In this document: positions 49,695 to 59,094 of the stretch, one piece after another
Layout of the letters: the number at the start of each line of letters is the position of its first letter
How positions within the stretch are numbered: position 1 is the stretch's first letter
Source: a virus
Lineage: Duplodnaviria > Caudoviricetes
Reading direction: 5' to 3' (one strand)
DNA length: 64,000 nucleotides
IMG/VR virus record: IMGVR_UViG_3300049144_000095
Span: 128,001 to 192,000 of that record
Notes under the pieces: generated by a model
Told to the model about the DNA's origin: nothing
Seen by the model: the letters and a program-made list of their open reading frames with translations, nothing else
The model's database searches: none
Translations under genes and position numbers: made by a program

Positions 49695-51470
49695 CTACTC
49701 GACAGCCGTCTGCCCGCCGCACATCTCGCCGAAGTTCTTGGCGAGCTGCCGCACCGGCTCCGCGAAGTCGGCGTGCTCCTCCCGCCAGGCCCGCGACAAG
49801 TAGGACAGATCCCCGAAGGCGTACGCGACCTTGACCAGCAGGGTCAGCACCTCGTGGTCGTTGAGCACGCCCCCCGACAGGAACTTCTCCACGACTCCCT
49901 TCAGATACGGGGTGCTGCCGCCCAGGTGACGAGCCTTGATCAGTCTCTGCATCTCCTGGACCGCCGCCCGGACGACGCCCCAGGTCGGCGTGTTCTCCAC
50001 AGTGGCGATGAACGTATCCGTCATGAGCTGCCGGTCCTTGCGCTGGCGCAGATACTCCAGCCACTCGGCGGGCTTGAGGTACCGGTTGGCCAGGTAGTGC
50101 GCTGTGCCCGCATCGGTCAGCCCCTCTTCCAGCACAGCGATGAGCTGTTCCGGTGTGAGCCGGACCCGCTTGCTCTCACGTCCGGCGGTCATGGCGTTGG
50201 CCATGTCACCCGTCAGGCCCAGCTCATGCACCCGGATCGCCAGATCTGCGAAGTCCTCTGAAGTCTCAGGCTGCTTGTAGTAGTTCTCCATCAGCCTGCC
50301 GAAGGCGGCCAGATACGACGGGGAAATCCCGGCGCGGGCCAGATCCAGCACCCGGTCAGGGTAGGCATGCACCCAGGGGTACATGACCTGTCGCTCCTTG
50401 CTGGTCGCATGGAACGAACGCCGCGAGTTCTCGTCCTTGACGGGCAAGCTGCTCTTGTCCCAGCGGACGAGAGACACCTTCTCCCGGGCCGCCTCAACGA
50501 GGAGGCGGAAGGGCAGATTTCCCTCGCCCTCGTACTTGAGGTGCTGGATCACCGGAACCTGCGCTCGCCACTCTTCGGGCGCAAGGCCGTCCTGGCGGGC
50601 TCGGGTGACCAACGGCAGGCTGATCCCGGCGTCAAGCAGTTCCTTGACCTCTTCAGCCGTGGTGATCCCGGCGCTGACGAGGGTGATCCCGTCCTTGACC
50701 CTGTCACCCAGGCCAGCTCGGAAGAAAGCCACCGCCTCCCCATGGGGCAGTCCCGCGCCGGTCAGTGCCGTGAACCAGTAGTCGTCGTACTCCTTCATCG
50801 CGGCGACGTCGGCCGGAACGGCGGCTTCTCCGAGAAGGTCGGCCAGTTTGGTCAACGGCACCCCCTGATCCAGGGAACTCACGCCGAACTGGAGCAGGCT
50901 CTGCGGGGTGTGACCCGAGGAAACCGCCAGCTCAACGAAGGTCGGCTGGCTTTCGTCGTAGGCATTCGGCTGAGGCAGGATGGAACCCAGACCCCGTTTG
51001 ACCGCTTCCTCCTGAAGCTTCGCGCAGATGCGGAACCACTCGTAGCCGCCACCGGCGACGGAGCCCGGGTAGTCGTCCCCGAAGTACAGGTGCGCCAGGG
51101 CTTCGTCAACCGTCAGGGGTCCGCCCTCGGGAAGGGCGTGCCCGGGGTACCGGTCGAAGGTGACACCGGAGTCCGTGAACACCTTGTGGCGTGTCGCGAG
51201 TTCGACCAGCGCCTCCAGGGTGTCGACACCGAGCTGGGCGAGCAGGCCGGTGAGTCCGGCATCCAGCCCTTCCAGGTAGCCGAAGGCGTTCAGGACGGCC
51301 TTGGCGTACCGGCGGTCGCCTTCAGGAGTGGCTGAGCGGATCTCAGCGATCGGAGCGCCATGCCTCATCACTCGCACCGGACCGGTCTCGTCGAGCCGGT
51401 CCAGGATCTCAGTGAGATCATTCCGGAATTCCGTCAGCGGCACACGAGTGCCAGGCTGCGTCTGCATCAA
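49695..51470 (-). CDS. 591-aa protein with N-terminal Phd/YefM-like domain
   Basis: VPLTEFRNDLTEILDRL..GPVRVMRHGAPIAEIR; remainder unrecognised, helical repeat-like. Confidence 0.7.
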   Translation of the reverse strand: MMQTQPGTRVPLTEFRNDLTEILDRLDETGPVRVMRHGAPIAEIRSATPEGDRRYAKAVLNAFGYLEGLDAGLTGLLAQLGVDTLEALVELATRHKVFTDSGVTFDRYPGHALPEGGPLTVDEALAHLYFGDDYPGSVAGGGYEWFRICAKLQEEAVKRGLGSILPQPNAYDESQPTFVELAVSSGHTPQSLLQFGVSSLDQGVPLTKLADLLGEAAVPADVAAMKEYDDYWFTALTGAGLPHGEAVAFFRAGLGDRVKDGITLVSAGITTAEEVKELLDAGISLPLVTRARQDGLAPEEWRAQVPVIQHLKYEGEGNLPFRLLVEAAREKVSLVRWDKSSLPVKDENSRRSFHATSKERQVMYPWVHAYPDRVLDLARAGISPSYLAAFGRLMENYYKQPETSEDFADLAIRVHELGLTGDMANAMTAGRESKRVRLTPEQLIAVLEEGLTDAGTAHYLANRYLKPAEWLEYLRQRKDRQLMTDTFIATVENTPTWGVVRAAVQEMQRLIKARHLGGSTPYLKGVVEKFLSGGVLNDHEVLTLLVKVAYAFGDLSYLSRAWREEHADFAEPVRQLAKNFGEMCGGQTAVE

Positions 51471-51729
51471 CCGTCCCCTTTCCGAGGCCCCTTGGTGGGG
51501 TGCTTCCAGCCTGACACACCTAGACCATGATCACAATTACAACTTTCAGAAATGAAAAAGTTCCAACTTTCTGTGGCGAGCTTTGTAGCACGCACGGAAC
51601 CCCTCCGGCGGTCGAGCCACTGGTGCGCTGCCGGAGGGGTCGTCTACGCTGAAGGTGCCTCGCAGGTGGCAAGCGAGTCCCGCCTCCTGGATGACTCCCC
51701 AGTTGAGGCGGGGCTCGCGGCACTCCCGG

Positions 51730-53364
51730 TTACTCGCCGGGCAGGAACTGCCTCAGTCCCGCACGGTTCAGCGTGGAGTCCGGGTCGGCCACGTCCGTCC
51801 GGACGCTGCGCACCGGCTCCTTGAACGTCTCCACCCTGCGTCCTGGTGCCTTCTGCCGCGCCTTGATCCGCTCGTACCGCGACCACGCCCAGCCGGGCAG
51901 GGACTCCAGCCTGAGAACGTCGGACGGCGGCAGGTCGTCGGCGTCCCGGTCGGCACACACCCGCAGGATGAACCGGCACAGGTCGGTCTCCTGCCACATG
52001 CGCTCCCAGGCGGGCTGGCAGTGCCGGTGAATGCGCGTGTAGTCGGCCAGCGCCTTCATGGCGTCGCGGTAGGCCTTCGGGTCCGTCTCCAGCCATCCGT
52101 TGTCGCCGGTGGCCTTGGACAGGTCCCTCAACTGCTGCCACGACAGCAAGGCCTGACCGGCCATCCGGGTCGCCCGCTCGACAAAGGCCCCAAGGTGGAA
52201 GCCGTCGCCCGTGACCAGGCCTACGTCCGGCGTGGCGTGGTGCTGGCGATGCCAGTCCGCCAGCACCTGCACACCGTGCGCCCAGCCCACGGCAGCCAGC
52301 TCCTCGGCCTGCTTGCCGAGCCGCTTCACCGCGCCGGACGGGTTCGGCAGCATCCACCACTCTTTTCGGATCCGGTGGATCTCGCTGCCGAGCGGACGCC
52401 CGTCCTCGGCCTCGAAGCTGCGCTCCATGTCGAGGTGCCCGTGCTTCAACGCGTACTCCCGCAGCGGCAGAAGGTTGGCGTCCCCCTCCCAGCTCCAGCC
52501 CTCGATGGCCTCCAGGGCCGACTGGAGGACGGGGTCGAGCCTGCCCCTCTCGTACTCCATGATCCAGTGGCGGGCCAGGTTGACGAAGGGCTCTCCGCGC
52601 TGCGGCAGTGCTGACATGCCGTTCTTGCGGATGTACTTGGTGATCTCCTCCAGCCGGTCCCGGTACCGGAAGGCCGGATCCTCGGCAGCTCGTTGCTTGT
52701 CGGTGCGCAGGTCGACGCCGAGCTTGCCGAGCCGGACAAGTTGTTGGCGCAGATGCTCCTTCATGCCGCTGTCGCTGGCATACATGCCGCGTTGCGTGTG
52801 CCACCACTGGTGGATGTCCAGACCGGCGACCGTGTACCCCTCGGGGATCTCGGTGTGCCTGTGCTCCAGGTAGAACTCGCGCACGGCGTTGATGCCGAGC
52901 TTGAAGGCCATCTGGCCCTTGCTGCTCCTGGTGTCCGGCAGCCGCCCGGGGTCCCACAGCGGGTTCCGTTCGAGCAGCATGGCCTCCAAGGCGCCGAGGG
53001 TGCCGATGTGGTGGCGGGAGAGCTTGTCGTTGTACCAGTCCCGCAGCGTCTTGTCCTTGGCCAGCGCCTCATCGAGATCCTGCCCTCGGCGGCCGATCCA
53101 GGTGAGCTGGTCGTAGCGCTGGAGCCACAGACTCCAGGCATGCGCCTTCTTCGGGGCCATGACTCCCCCGATCCTGGTGACGGGGATACCCTTCAGGGCC
53201 TGCCGAACCGGGTGGTCCTGCTCCAGCTCCAGGGCGTCGACCAGCCACCAGGCCAGCGGCATGTCGTCGCCGGGTGAGCGGCCGTCGTGCATGGCCAGAT
53301 GCCGGATCAGTTCCTCGATCCGGTCCAGCTCCTCCGGCGTGACGCCGGACGGCTGACCGGTCAT
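51730..53364 (-). CDS. Helicase-associated (HA) domain repeat protein
   Basis: Several repeats of F...L..Y...HGH..P..Y...G..L..W...QR...L...G..W; no helicase motor motifs. Confidence 0.8.
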   Translation of the reverse strand: MTGQPSGVTPEELDRIEELIRHLAMHDGRSPGDDMPLAWWLVDALELEQDHPVRQALKGIPVTRIGGVMAPKKAHAWSLWLQRYDQLTWIGRRGQDLDEALAKDKTLRDWYNDKLSRHHIGTLGALEAMLLERNPLWDPGRLPDTRSSKGQMAFKLGINAVREFYLEHRHTEIPEGYTVAGLDIHQWWHTQRGMYASDSGMKEHLRQQLVRLGKLGVDLRTDKQRAAEDPAFRYRDRLEEITKYIRKNGMSALPQRGEPFVNLARHWIMEYERGRLDPVLQSALEAIEGWSWEGDANLLPLREYALKHGHLDMERSFEAEDGRPLGSEIHRIRKEWWMLPNPSGAVKRLGKQAEELAAVGWAHGVQVLADWHRQHHATPDVGLVTGDGFHLGAFVERATRMAGQALLSWQQLRDLSKATGDNGWLETDPKAYRDAMKALADYTRIHRHCQPAWERMWQETDLCRFILRVCADRDADDLPPSDVLRLESLPGWAWSRYERIKARQKAPGRRVETFKEPVRSVRTDVADPDSTLNRAGLRQFLPGE

Positions 53365-53885
53365 CGCTGCACCACCCCCGGCTCGGTGAGCCCGGCGTGC
53401 ATCTCGACCACACGCCGGGCGGACATGTAGTGCTTGGGCTCGCCGAGCTTGTTCCGGTCCGCGTCCAGGGGCTGGTACATGCCCTTGAAGCGGATGTCGC
53501 CGGTGTAGCGCTGGATATAGCCGAGGATCTGCTGATGGCGGGTCACCAGCTTCATCCCGTCACCGAACGGCTCCCAGCGGGGCAGGTTCCGGTAGGCGTC
53601 GCGGCGCTCGAAGTAGTCGGCGGGCAGGGCCCACACGTTCTTACCCTCCCACTCGCCGCTCTGCCAGGCGGAGGACTCATGGGTGCCGACGTAGTCCGGC
53701 CAGTCCTGGTCGTAGGAATTGAAGCAGCCCATGTCCAGGTAGACGGGCTTCGCGCCGGGGCGGAGCTGCACCCAGTACCAGCCGTCGCTGCTGTAGAACG
53801 ACTTGCCGTTGTGGGTCACGGGCTTCTGCTGGATACCGCAGTCGTTGCAGGACCAGGGCTCGCCGGTGAACGTCTTCTCAGTCAT
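53361..53885 (-). CDS. Hypothetical protein, paralog of 53913..54449
   Basis: W.C.DCG..Q..GW.W..C...Y..DWP..YQPLDAD. Confidence 0.75.
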   Translation of the reverse strand: MTEKTFTGEPWSCNDCGIQQKPVTHNGKSFYSSDGWYWVQLRPGAKPVYLDMGCFNSYDQDWPDYVGTHESSAWQSGEWEGKNVWALPADYFERRDAYRNLPRWEPFGDGMKLVTRHQQILGYIQRYTGDIRFKGMYQPLDADRNKLGEPKHYMSARRVVEMHAGLTEPGVVQR

Positions 53886-53912
53886 CGCTTTCTTCTCCTT
53901 CTCCGTGTCGGG

Positions 53913-54449
53913 TCACACCGGCTGCGTGTCTGCTGGCCAGGTCATTCCGAGGTGCGCCTCGACGGCGTTCTTGGCGTAGACGAAGTGCACCGGCCTGCTG
54001 CCGGGCACGGTCCTCTGGTCGGCATCGAGGGGCTGGTACAGCGCGGCAGAGGTGCCGCCGGAGAAGGTCGCCTTGATGTGGCCGAGGACCCTCCCGCCGC
54101 CGGTCTCCCTCAGCCACCAGTCGTCGCCCGTCGCCTCCCACCGGGCAAGGGTGGCCGGGGACTTCTGGCCGGGAGCGCGGTCGTCCGGCATGACCCAGAG
54201 CCATCGCCCCTCCCCCGCGCCGCTCCGCCACGGCAGCTTCCCGTTCGCGTCGCCAGCACTCGGCCAGTCGTCGCCGTAGCCGATGAAGCAGGGCTGGCAC
54301 AGGAGGACGAGTGCCGCCCCCGGCAGGATCTGCCAGAACCAGCCCTGATTGCCGTAGGGCGAACCGTCTTCGTGGGCGGTGGACACCTGCTCCGCACCGC
54401 AGTCGCGGCAGCGCCACGAACCCTCGGCGGCCGTGCTCTCGTTGCTCAT
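53913..54449 (-). CDS. Hypothetical protein, paralog of 53361..53885
   Basis: Same motifs; RBS GAAGGGAGAAGAAG. Confidence 0.75.
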   Translation of the reverse strand: MSNESTAAEGSWRCRDCGAEQVSTAHEDGSPYGNQGWFWQILPGAALVLLCQPCFIGYGDDWPSAGDANGKLPWRSGAGEGRWLWVMPDDRAPGQKSPATLARWEATGDDWWLRETGGGRVLGHIKATFSGGTSAALYQPLDADQRTVPGSRPVHFVYAKNAVEAHLGMTWPADTQPV

Positions 54450-54505
54450 CTTCTTCTCCCTTCGAAGGGCGGGGCGACCCAGGTCGCCCCGCCAGCGTTA
54501 CCGGG

Positions 54506-56779
54506 TCAGCCCCGGCGCTCCTTGATGTCCGGCAGGCGCAGCACCGGAACGTCCCAGCGCTCGCTCGTCACGGCGCCCTTCTTGCTGTCGGCCGCCTTCT
54601 GGGTTTCCAGGGCGTCGTCGATCTCCTGGATGATGTCGCTGTCCAGTTCCTGGTACATCGCCTCGTCGGCCTGGTCGAACTCCTCGGTCGTGTAGCCGTT
54701 GAAGTCGACCGCCCCGATCAGCTTCCCGACCGGTGCACCGGAGCCGACGTGCTCGAAGTACAGCTCGTCCTTGGTCCCGGCCGGACGGCCTTCCGGGTAC
54801 CAGATGCCGTGACTGCGCGCCGCTTCCCGCTCGTCGCGCCGGTCGAACAGGCGGATCCACACGCTGCCGACCATGACCCCCGTGACCAGCTTGTCCTTCC
54901 AGTCCGTCAGGGTGATTCCGGTCGCGCCGGGGAACCAGCGGCGCACCACCCTGGCGACGGACTCCGGTGTCCCTGCGATGTCCAGCTCCTCCAGCAGAGT
55001 GGTGGGGATGGTGTACACCACACCGTGCTTGAGCGTGAAGGCGTGGCTGGCCTCGTAGGGGTGACTGCTCGACGGCGGCACCATGTACTGAAGGCCGCTC
55101 CAGAGCAGTTTGTTGACCCACTCCGGCTCACCCTGCCCCAAGGTGCGTTCGTCGATGGGGATGACCCGTCCCGCGCCGTCACGGATCTCCGTCCCATCCG
55201 CCTTGGCGAGCACCGGCACCTGACCGTTCGCCCAGGCAAGAGCGACCCGCGACAGCAGGTGCGGGTTGAGGACGTGCTCCGGCACCGGATCCTGCGACGG
55301 CAGGGCGCCGATGAGAGCCAGGTGCGCCAGAGCAATGTGAGCCGCATTGCGCCAGCGCGGGTGAGCCAGCAACTGACCGTTGCCACCATCGCTGAGCGCG
55401 GCCACGCCGACGAGGTTCTTCGCGTCGGCGACCAGCAGAGACAGGGAGTCCGGCCGGACTTCCCGGTCCCGGTAGTCGCCGGGCGGGTAAACAACGTCAA
55501 TGTCCTCCTCCATCATGTGCGAGGCGCAGGACAGCAGCGACCGCGAGATGCGCTGCGGCAGTGGTTCGGTGGCGTGCTGAGCGAAGGCCGCCACGGCGGT
55601 GGCAGGGGCGCCGCCGAGCTGCTTGACGGCCCGCGTCCACCACACGAACTGCGCGGCGGCAGTGCGCGCCTCCACCGGCTGCTCACCGAAGGCGATGATT
55701 TCCTTGGGCACCCCCTGAACCCGGAGCCGCTTGGCAGCGACCTCCATCAGCTCGGTGTCGACCGAGGCCTCGGGCAACAGAAGGCCGTTGTACTCCTGCT
55801 GCCCGGTGACCACCACGCGGGCCGGATTGCCGGAGTGCCAGGCGATGACCCCGAGGGACAGCGTTGAGACGACGCCCGTGTAATGGTCACCCTCGCTGCC
55901 CATCGGACGGACCTCGCTGGTGACCGGATCGACGGTGCCGACCGCGATGTAGGCGGGCAAGCTGAAGATGCTCGCCAGGTAGTGCACGCCGACGTACCGC
56001 TGGTTCTCCTCGCCGTAGCCGACGCTGACGCAGGCGTCCCGGACGGCGTTGATGACCTTCGACAGGGCGCTGCGATCACGCTCCAGGGCGGCACGGAACA
56101 CCTCAGGGGTGACCACTCCGGGCCCGAAGTGGCCGTCCAGCCTCGCCTGATCGAGGTCGGCGTACCGCTCCAGCAGGTCCAGTACGCCGTAGTACCGGTA
56201 GCGGCCGTCGGCGATGCGCAACAGGTTCAGCGGATCGCTTCCGTCCCGGAAGATCTCCGTCTGCGGTGTCAGCACGAGCGGGGTCAGGATGCCCCCCTTC
56301 TCGGGGAAGACGCGCAGCGAGTCGCGGTAGATGTCCTTGCCGTAGAGCTGCCGGTTGTCCTTCACGTGCCAGGCTCGGTCGGCGGTGCTCTCCCAGTTGA
56401 GCGTCAGCCCGTCCTTGGTCTCGTCGGGGTGCGGCGTCCTCGGGACCGACGGATCAGCCACCGGGTAGATCTTCTGCGCCCCGTAGCGGATCATCTCGTC
56501 GGCGGGCGGCATGAGCCACGGCGTCCAGACGCGGGCCGGAATGACCTGAAGGTGCGCCTCACGGTGGGCAGTCAGGCCGGGCAGCGGCTCACTGAGCGCC
56601 GCTCGCACGGCGGTGGGATCGACGACGGCGTGGGCGATGGTGGTGGCGGCCGTCTCGCCGAGACCGGTGACCTCCATCAGGCGGGGAACCAGCTTGCGGA
56701 CTGCGTCCAGCTTGGCCATTTTCGGCGGCAGGACGAACGAGGCGGTGTCGTAGAAGCTGGGACCGTGAAGCGTTGTCAT
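54506..56779 (-). CDS. 757-aa protein with probable ParB/Srx-like domain
   Basis: SLR...GGILTPLVL...LRIADGRYRY resembles ParB boxes. Confidence 0.6.
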   Translation of the reverse strand: MTTLHGPSFYDTASFVLPPKMAKLDAVRKLVPRLMEVTGLGETAATTIAHAVVDPTAVRAALSEPLPGLTAHREAHLQVIPARVWTPWLMPPADEMIRYGAQKIYPVADPSVPRTPHPDETKDGLTLNWESTADRAWHVKDNRQLYGKDIYRDSLRVFPEKGGILTPLVLTPQTEIFRDGSDPLNLLRIADGRYRYYGVLDLLERYADLDQARLDGHFGPGVVTPEVFRAALERDRSALSKVINAVRDACVSVGYGEENQRYVGVHYLASIFSLPAYIAVGTVDPVTSEVRPMGSEGDHYTGVVSTLSLGVIAWHSGNPARVVVTGQQEYNGLLLPEASVDTELMEVAAKRLRVQGVPKEIIAFGEQPVEARTAAAQFVWWTRAVKQLGGAPATAVAAFAQHATEPLPQRISRSLLSCASHMMEEDIDVVYPPGDYRDREVRPDSLSLLVADAKNLVGVAALSDGGNGQLLAHPRWRNAAHIALAHLALIGALPSQDPVPEHVLNPHLLSRVALAWANGQVPVLAKADGTEIRDGAGRVIPIDERTLGQGEPEWVNKLLWSGLQYMVPPSSSHPYEASHAFTLKHGVVYTIPTTLLEELDIAGTPESVARVVRRWFPGATGITLTDWKDKLVTGVMVGSVWIRLFDRRDEREAARSHGIWYPEGRPAGTKDELYFEHVGSGAPVGKLIGAVDFNGYTTEEFDQADEAMYQELDSDIIQEIDDALETQKAADSKKGAVTSERWDVPVLRLPDIKERRG

Positions 56780-57244
56780 GGCGTGTAGCCGTTTCTTCCG
56801 CCGGGCGGCATGCCGACAACGGCGATGCTGGCGCAGGCGGATCAGGTGCGGTCAGGTCTCTCGCGCCGGATAGCCGCTCCGCCGGTCACGTCGGCCCCCG
56901 CCGTGCGGGGTGTAGTTGGTGACCGTGCGTGGAGTGGGTCCGCGCAAGCCTGCCTCAGCTCGCTGATCGATCCCGGCCGGGCCGGGCGTGGACCGCTGAG
57001 CTGGTGCGGTGATTCCACAGTAGCAGATGAACTCTGCGATTTGATAGCGGCTTTGGTGAATTTGATTCCATCTCCTCCGCCTGGGAGCACCGAGGCGGGC
57101 GAGAGGTGGTCCCGGCGGACCGTGGGATCAGCGTAGTCGCACAACTTTGCGATCTAGTAACGGTCCTCGGTGACGAAATGGCCTTTACGACACGCCGCCG
57201 ATCTGACATGCTGAGTTTACGTCACTTAAACCGAAGGAGTCACG

Positions 57245-57829
57245 ATGACCCGGCAGACCGCCGTCCCGCTGGATCACAACAGCCTGAACCCGTCGTTCCA
57301 GGCGGCCCGCTCGCTCGTCGAGAACATCAAGTGCGGTGAACTGATTCTGGATCCGCCATATCAGCGCGGCAGCGTATGGACGCTCGACCAGCGCATCGCC
57401 CTGGTGGAGTCCTGGCTGCGCGGCCTGCCTGCTGGTGTCGTCATCCTCTCCGACCGAGGCGAAGGGCTGTGGAACGGCCCGGATCCCTACGCAACCGGCA
57501 AAGGCATCTGGGCTTGCGTAGACGGCAAGCAGCGGCTGACCACAGCCGTTATGTGGTTCAACAGCGAGTTCGCCATCCCGGCGTCCTGGGTTCCTGTCGA
57601 CTTCACAGAGGCCCCCGAGGACACCGAAGACGGCCCCTACGTCCGGTACAGCGGCATGACGGTCCGGGGTCAGCGGTTCCTTGACCTGCGCTGTCAGCTC
57701 CTGGTCGCCCAGACCAAGGACTGCGCAACCGAAGCCGACGAAGCGGCGTTCTACCTGCTCGTCAACGGCGGCGGCACCGTGCAGACCGAGGCCGACATGG
57801 CCAGGGCGGCGAACGTCGCCGGAGCCTGA
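57245..57829 (+). CDS. DUF262-domain (GmrSD N-terminal, ParB-like) protein, stand-alone
   Basis: LILDPPYQRGSVW..QRIALVESWLRGLP.G..IL...VDGKQRLTT. Confidence 0.88.
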   Translation: MTRQTAVPLDHNSLNPSFQAARSLVENIKCGELILDPPYQRGSVWTLDQRIALVESWLRGLPAGVVILSDRGEGLWNGPDPYATGKGIWACVDGKQRLTTAVMWFNSEFAIPASWVPVDFTEAPEDTEDGPYVRYSGMTVRGQRFLDLRCQLLVAQTKDCATEADEAAFYLLVNGGGTVQTEADMARAANVAGA

Positions 57830-57869
57830 AGGCTTGGATCCCCACCACCTCAACCAAGGAGAGATCAAC

Positions 57870-58184
57870 ATGGCGATCATCGCCTATCGAGCCGTAACCT
57901 CCGACGGCTCACTGCACGCTGAGGTCTTCGAGAGCGAGAAGGCCAAGCGGTTCAGCGGCCCGTTCTGCCCGGTAGGCCGACACACCTCGACCACCGTGAA
58001 GGAGGATTTGTACCTGACCGACAAGGGGGTCTGGGTCAAGAACACGGTGACCCTCAACTCGCGGCGCGGCTCCGAGACTGGAGACGTCAGCGTGTACACC
58101 TCCATCAGCCGGTCCGAAGCTCGCGACTGGCTGAAGGCCCACGACTACATGGGCGCCGCAGAACAGCACTTCACCCAGGTCTGA
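57870..58184 (+). CDS. Hypothetical protein, paralog of N-terminus of 58194..58919
   Basis: F....A.RF.G..E.LYLTD.G.W..YT..S..EAR.WL. Confidence 0.75.
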   Translation: MAIIAYRAVTSDGSLHAEVFESEKAKRFSGPFCPVGRHTSTTVKEDLYLTDKGVWVKNTVTLNSRRGSETGDVSVYTSISRSEARDWLKAHDYMGAAEQHFTQV

Positions 58185-58193
58185 GGAGTCCCA

Positions 58194-58919
58194 ATGGCAC
58201 GCATCGCGTACACCGGCAAGAACGAGGACGGCTCGGAGTTCGGAGGCCTGTTCGAGTCCGACATGGCCGAGAGGTTCGAGGGCAACGAGTCCGACACCGG
58301 CGACGAATACGACTACTCCCTGCCAGAGGAGCTGTACCTGACCGACGCGGGATCCTGGATCCTGAACCAGGCCACGGTCGCGAACCCGGACCGCAACACC
58401 TACACGGCGCTGTCACCCGATGAGGCCCGCGCCTGGCTGGAGGCGAACAATCACCCCGAGGCCGCGAAGCGATACTTCCGACCCCGGGGTGGACGCCCCA
58501 ACATCGGAGAACGGCTGATCACCACCGCCCCTGCACGGATGATCGCCCAGATCGCCGACCTCGCCGAGGAGTACGACGAGGACATCCCCGACACGGTGCG
58601 CCGCCTGCTCCGCGAAGCGCTGACCCACCGGGAGACGATCGGCATTCTGGGCGGCGACGGCCCGACAGCCGGTGAAGTGGACGCCGCATCACGGAAGGCC
58701 CAGCATGACGCGCTGATCGAGCTGGTCCGCGAGTTCGGCGGCACCTGGGATCCGGAGCGCGTCATCACCGGCCTGTTCTCCAAGGGCCACATGTCGGTGA
58801 ACAAGAAGCGGGCTCGCCGGATCCTGCGTGACGTCGCCGAGAGGGGGCTGCTCGTGAAGGTGCAGGACCGGCCGGTTCTGTACAACAGTCCGGGGCTGGA
58901 GCACGTCACCGACAGGTGA
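58194..58919 (+). CDS. Hypothetical protein with RHH (CopG-like) and wHTH-like C-terminal parts
   Basis: RGGRP.IG...IADLAEEY...DTVRRLLREAL; RARRILRDVAERGLL. Confidence 0.65.
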   Translation: MARIAYTGKNEDGSEFGGLFESDMAERFEGNESDTGDEYDYSLPEELYLTDAGSWILNQATVANPDRNTYTALSPDEARAWLEANNHPEAAKRYFRPRGGRPNIGERLITTAPARMIAQIADLAEEYDEDIPDTVRRLLREALTHRETIGILGGDGPTAGEVDAASRKAQHDALIELVREFGGTWDPERVITGLFSKGHMSVNKKRARRILRDVAERGLLVKVQDRPVLYNSPGLEHVTDR

Positions 58920-58931
58920 CTTCGGAACGAA

Positions 58932-58983
58932 GAGGCCCGCATGGCACCCGACCCCAAATCGGGAACACAGCCATGCGGGCCTC
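58932..58983. terminator. 14-bp hairpin between convergent genes
   Basis: GAGGCCCGCATGGC/GCCATGCGGGCCTC. Confidence 0.65.
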
Positions 58984-59094
58984 GCGCTGTCCAAAGCGCC
59001 CCCGAGGGGTTCCGCCGTCCACGATAGGGCTCGGCGGGCGCCGGTAACTACCCTTGGCGGCAAACCCGGACAGCCGTGGAACAAAGGGGGGATG

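Noticed and set aside
51515-51527. TGGTCTAGGTGT (minus strand) as an operator variant
   Set aside because: Three mismatches to the consensus and no good -10; cannot be supported.
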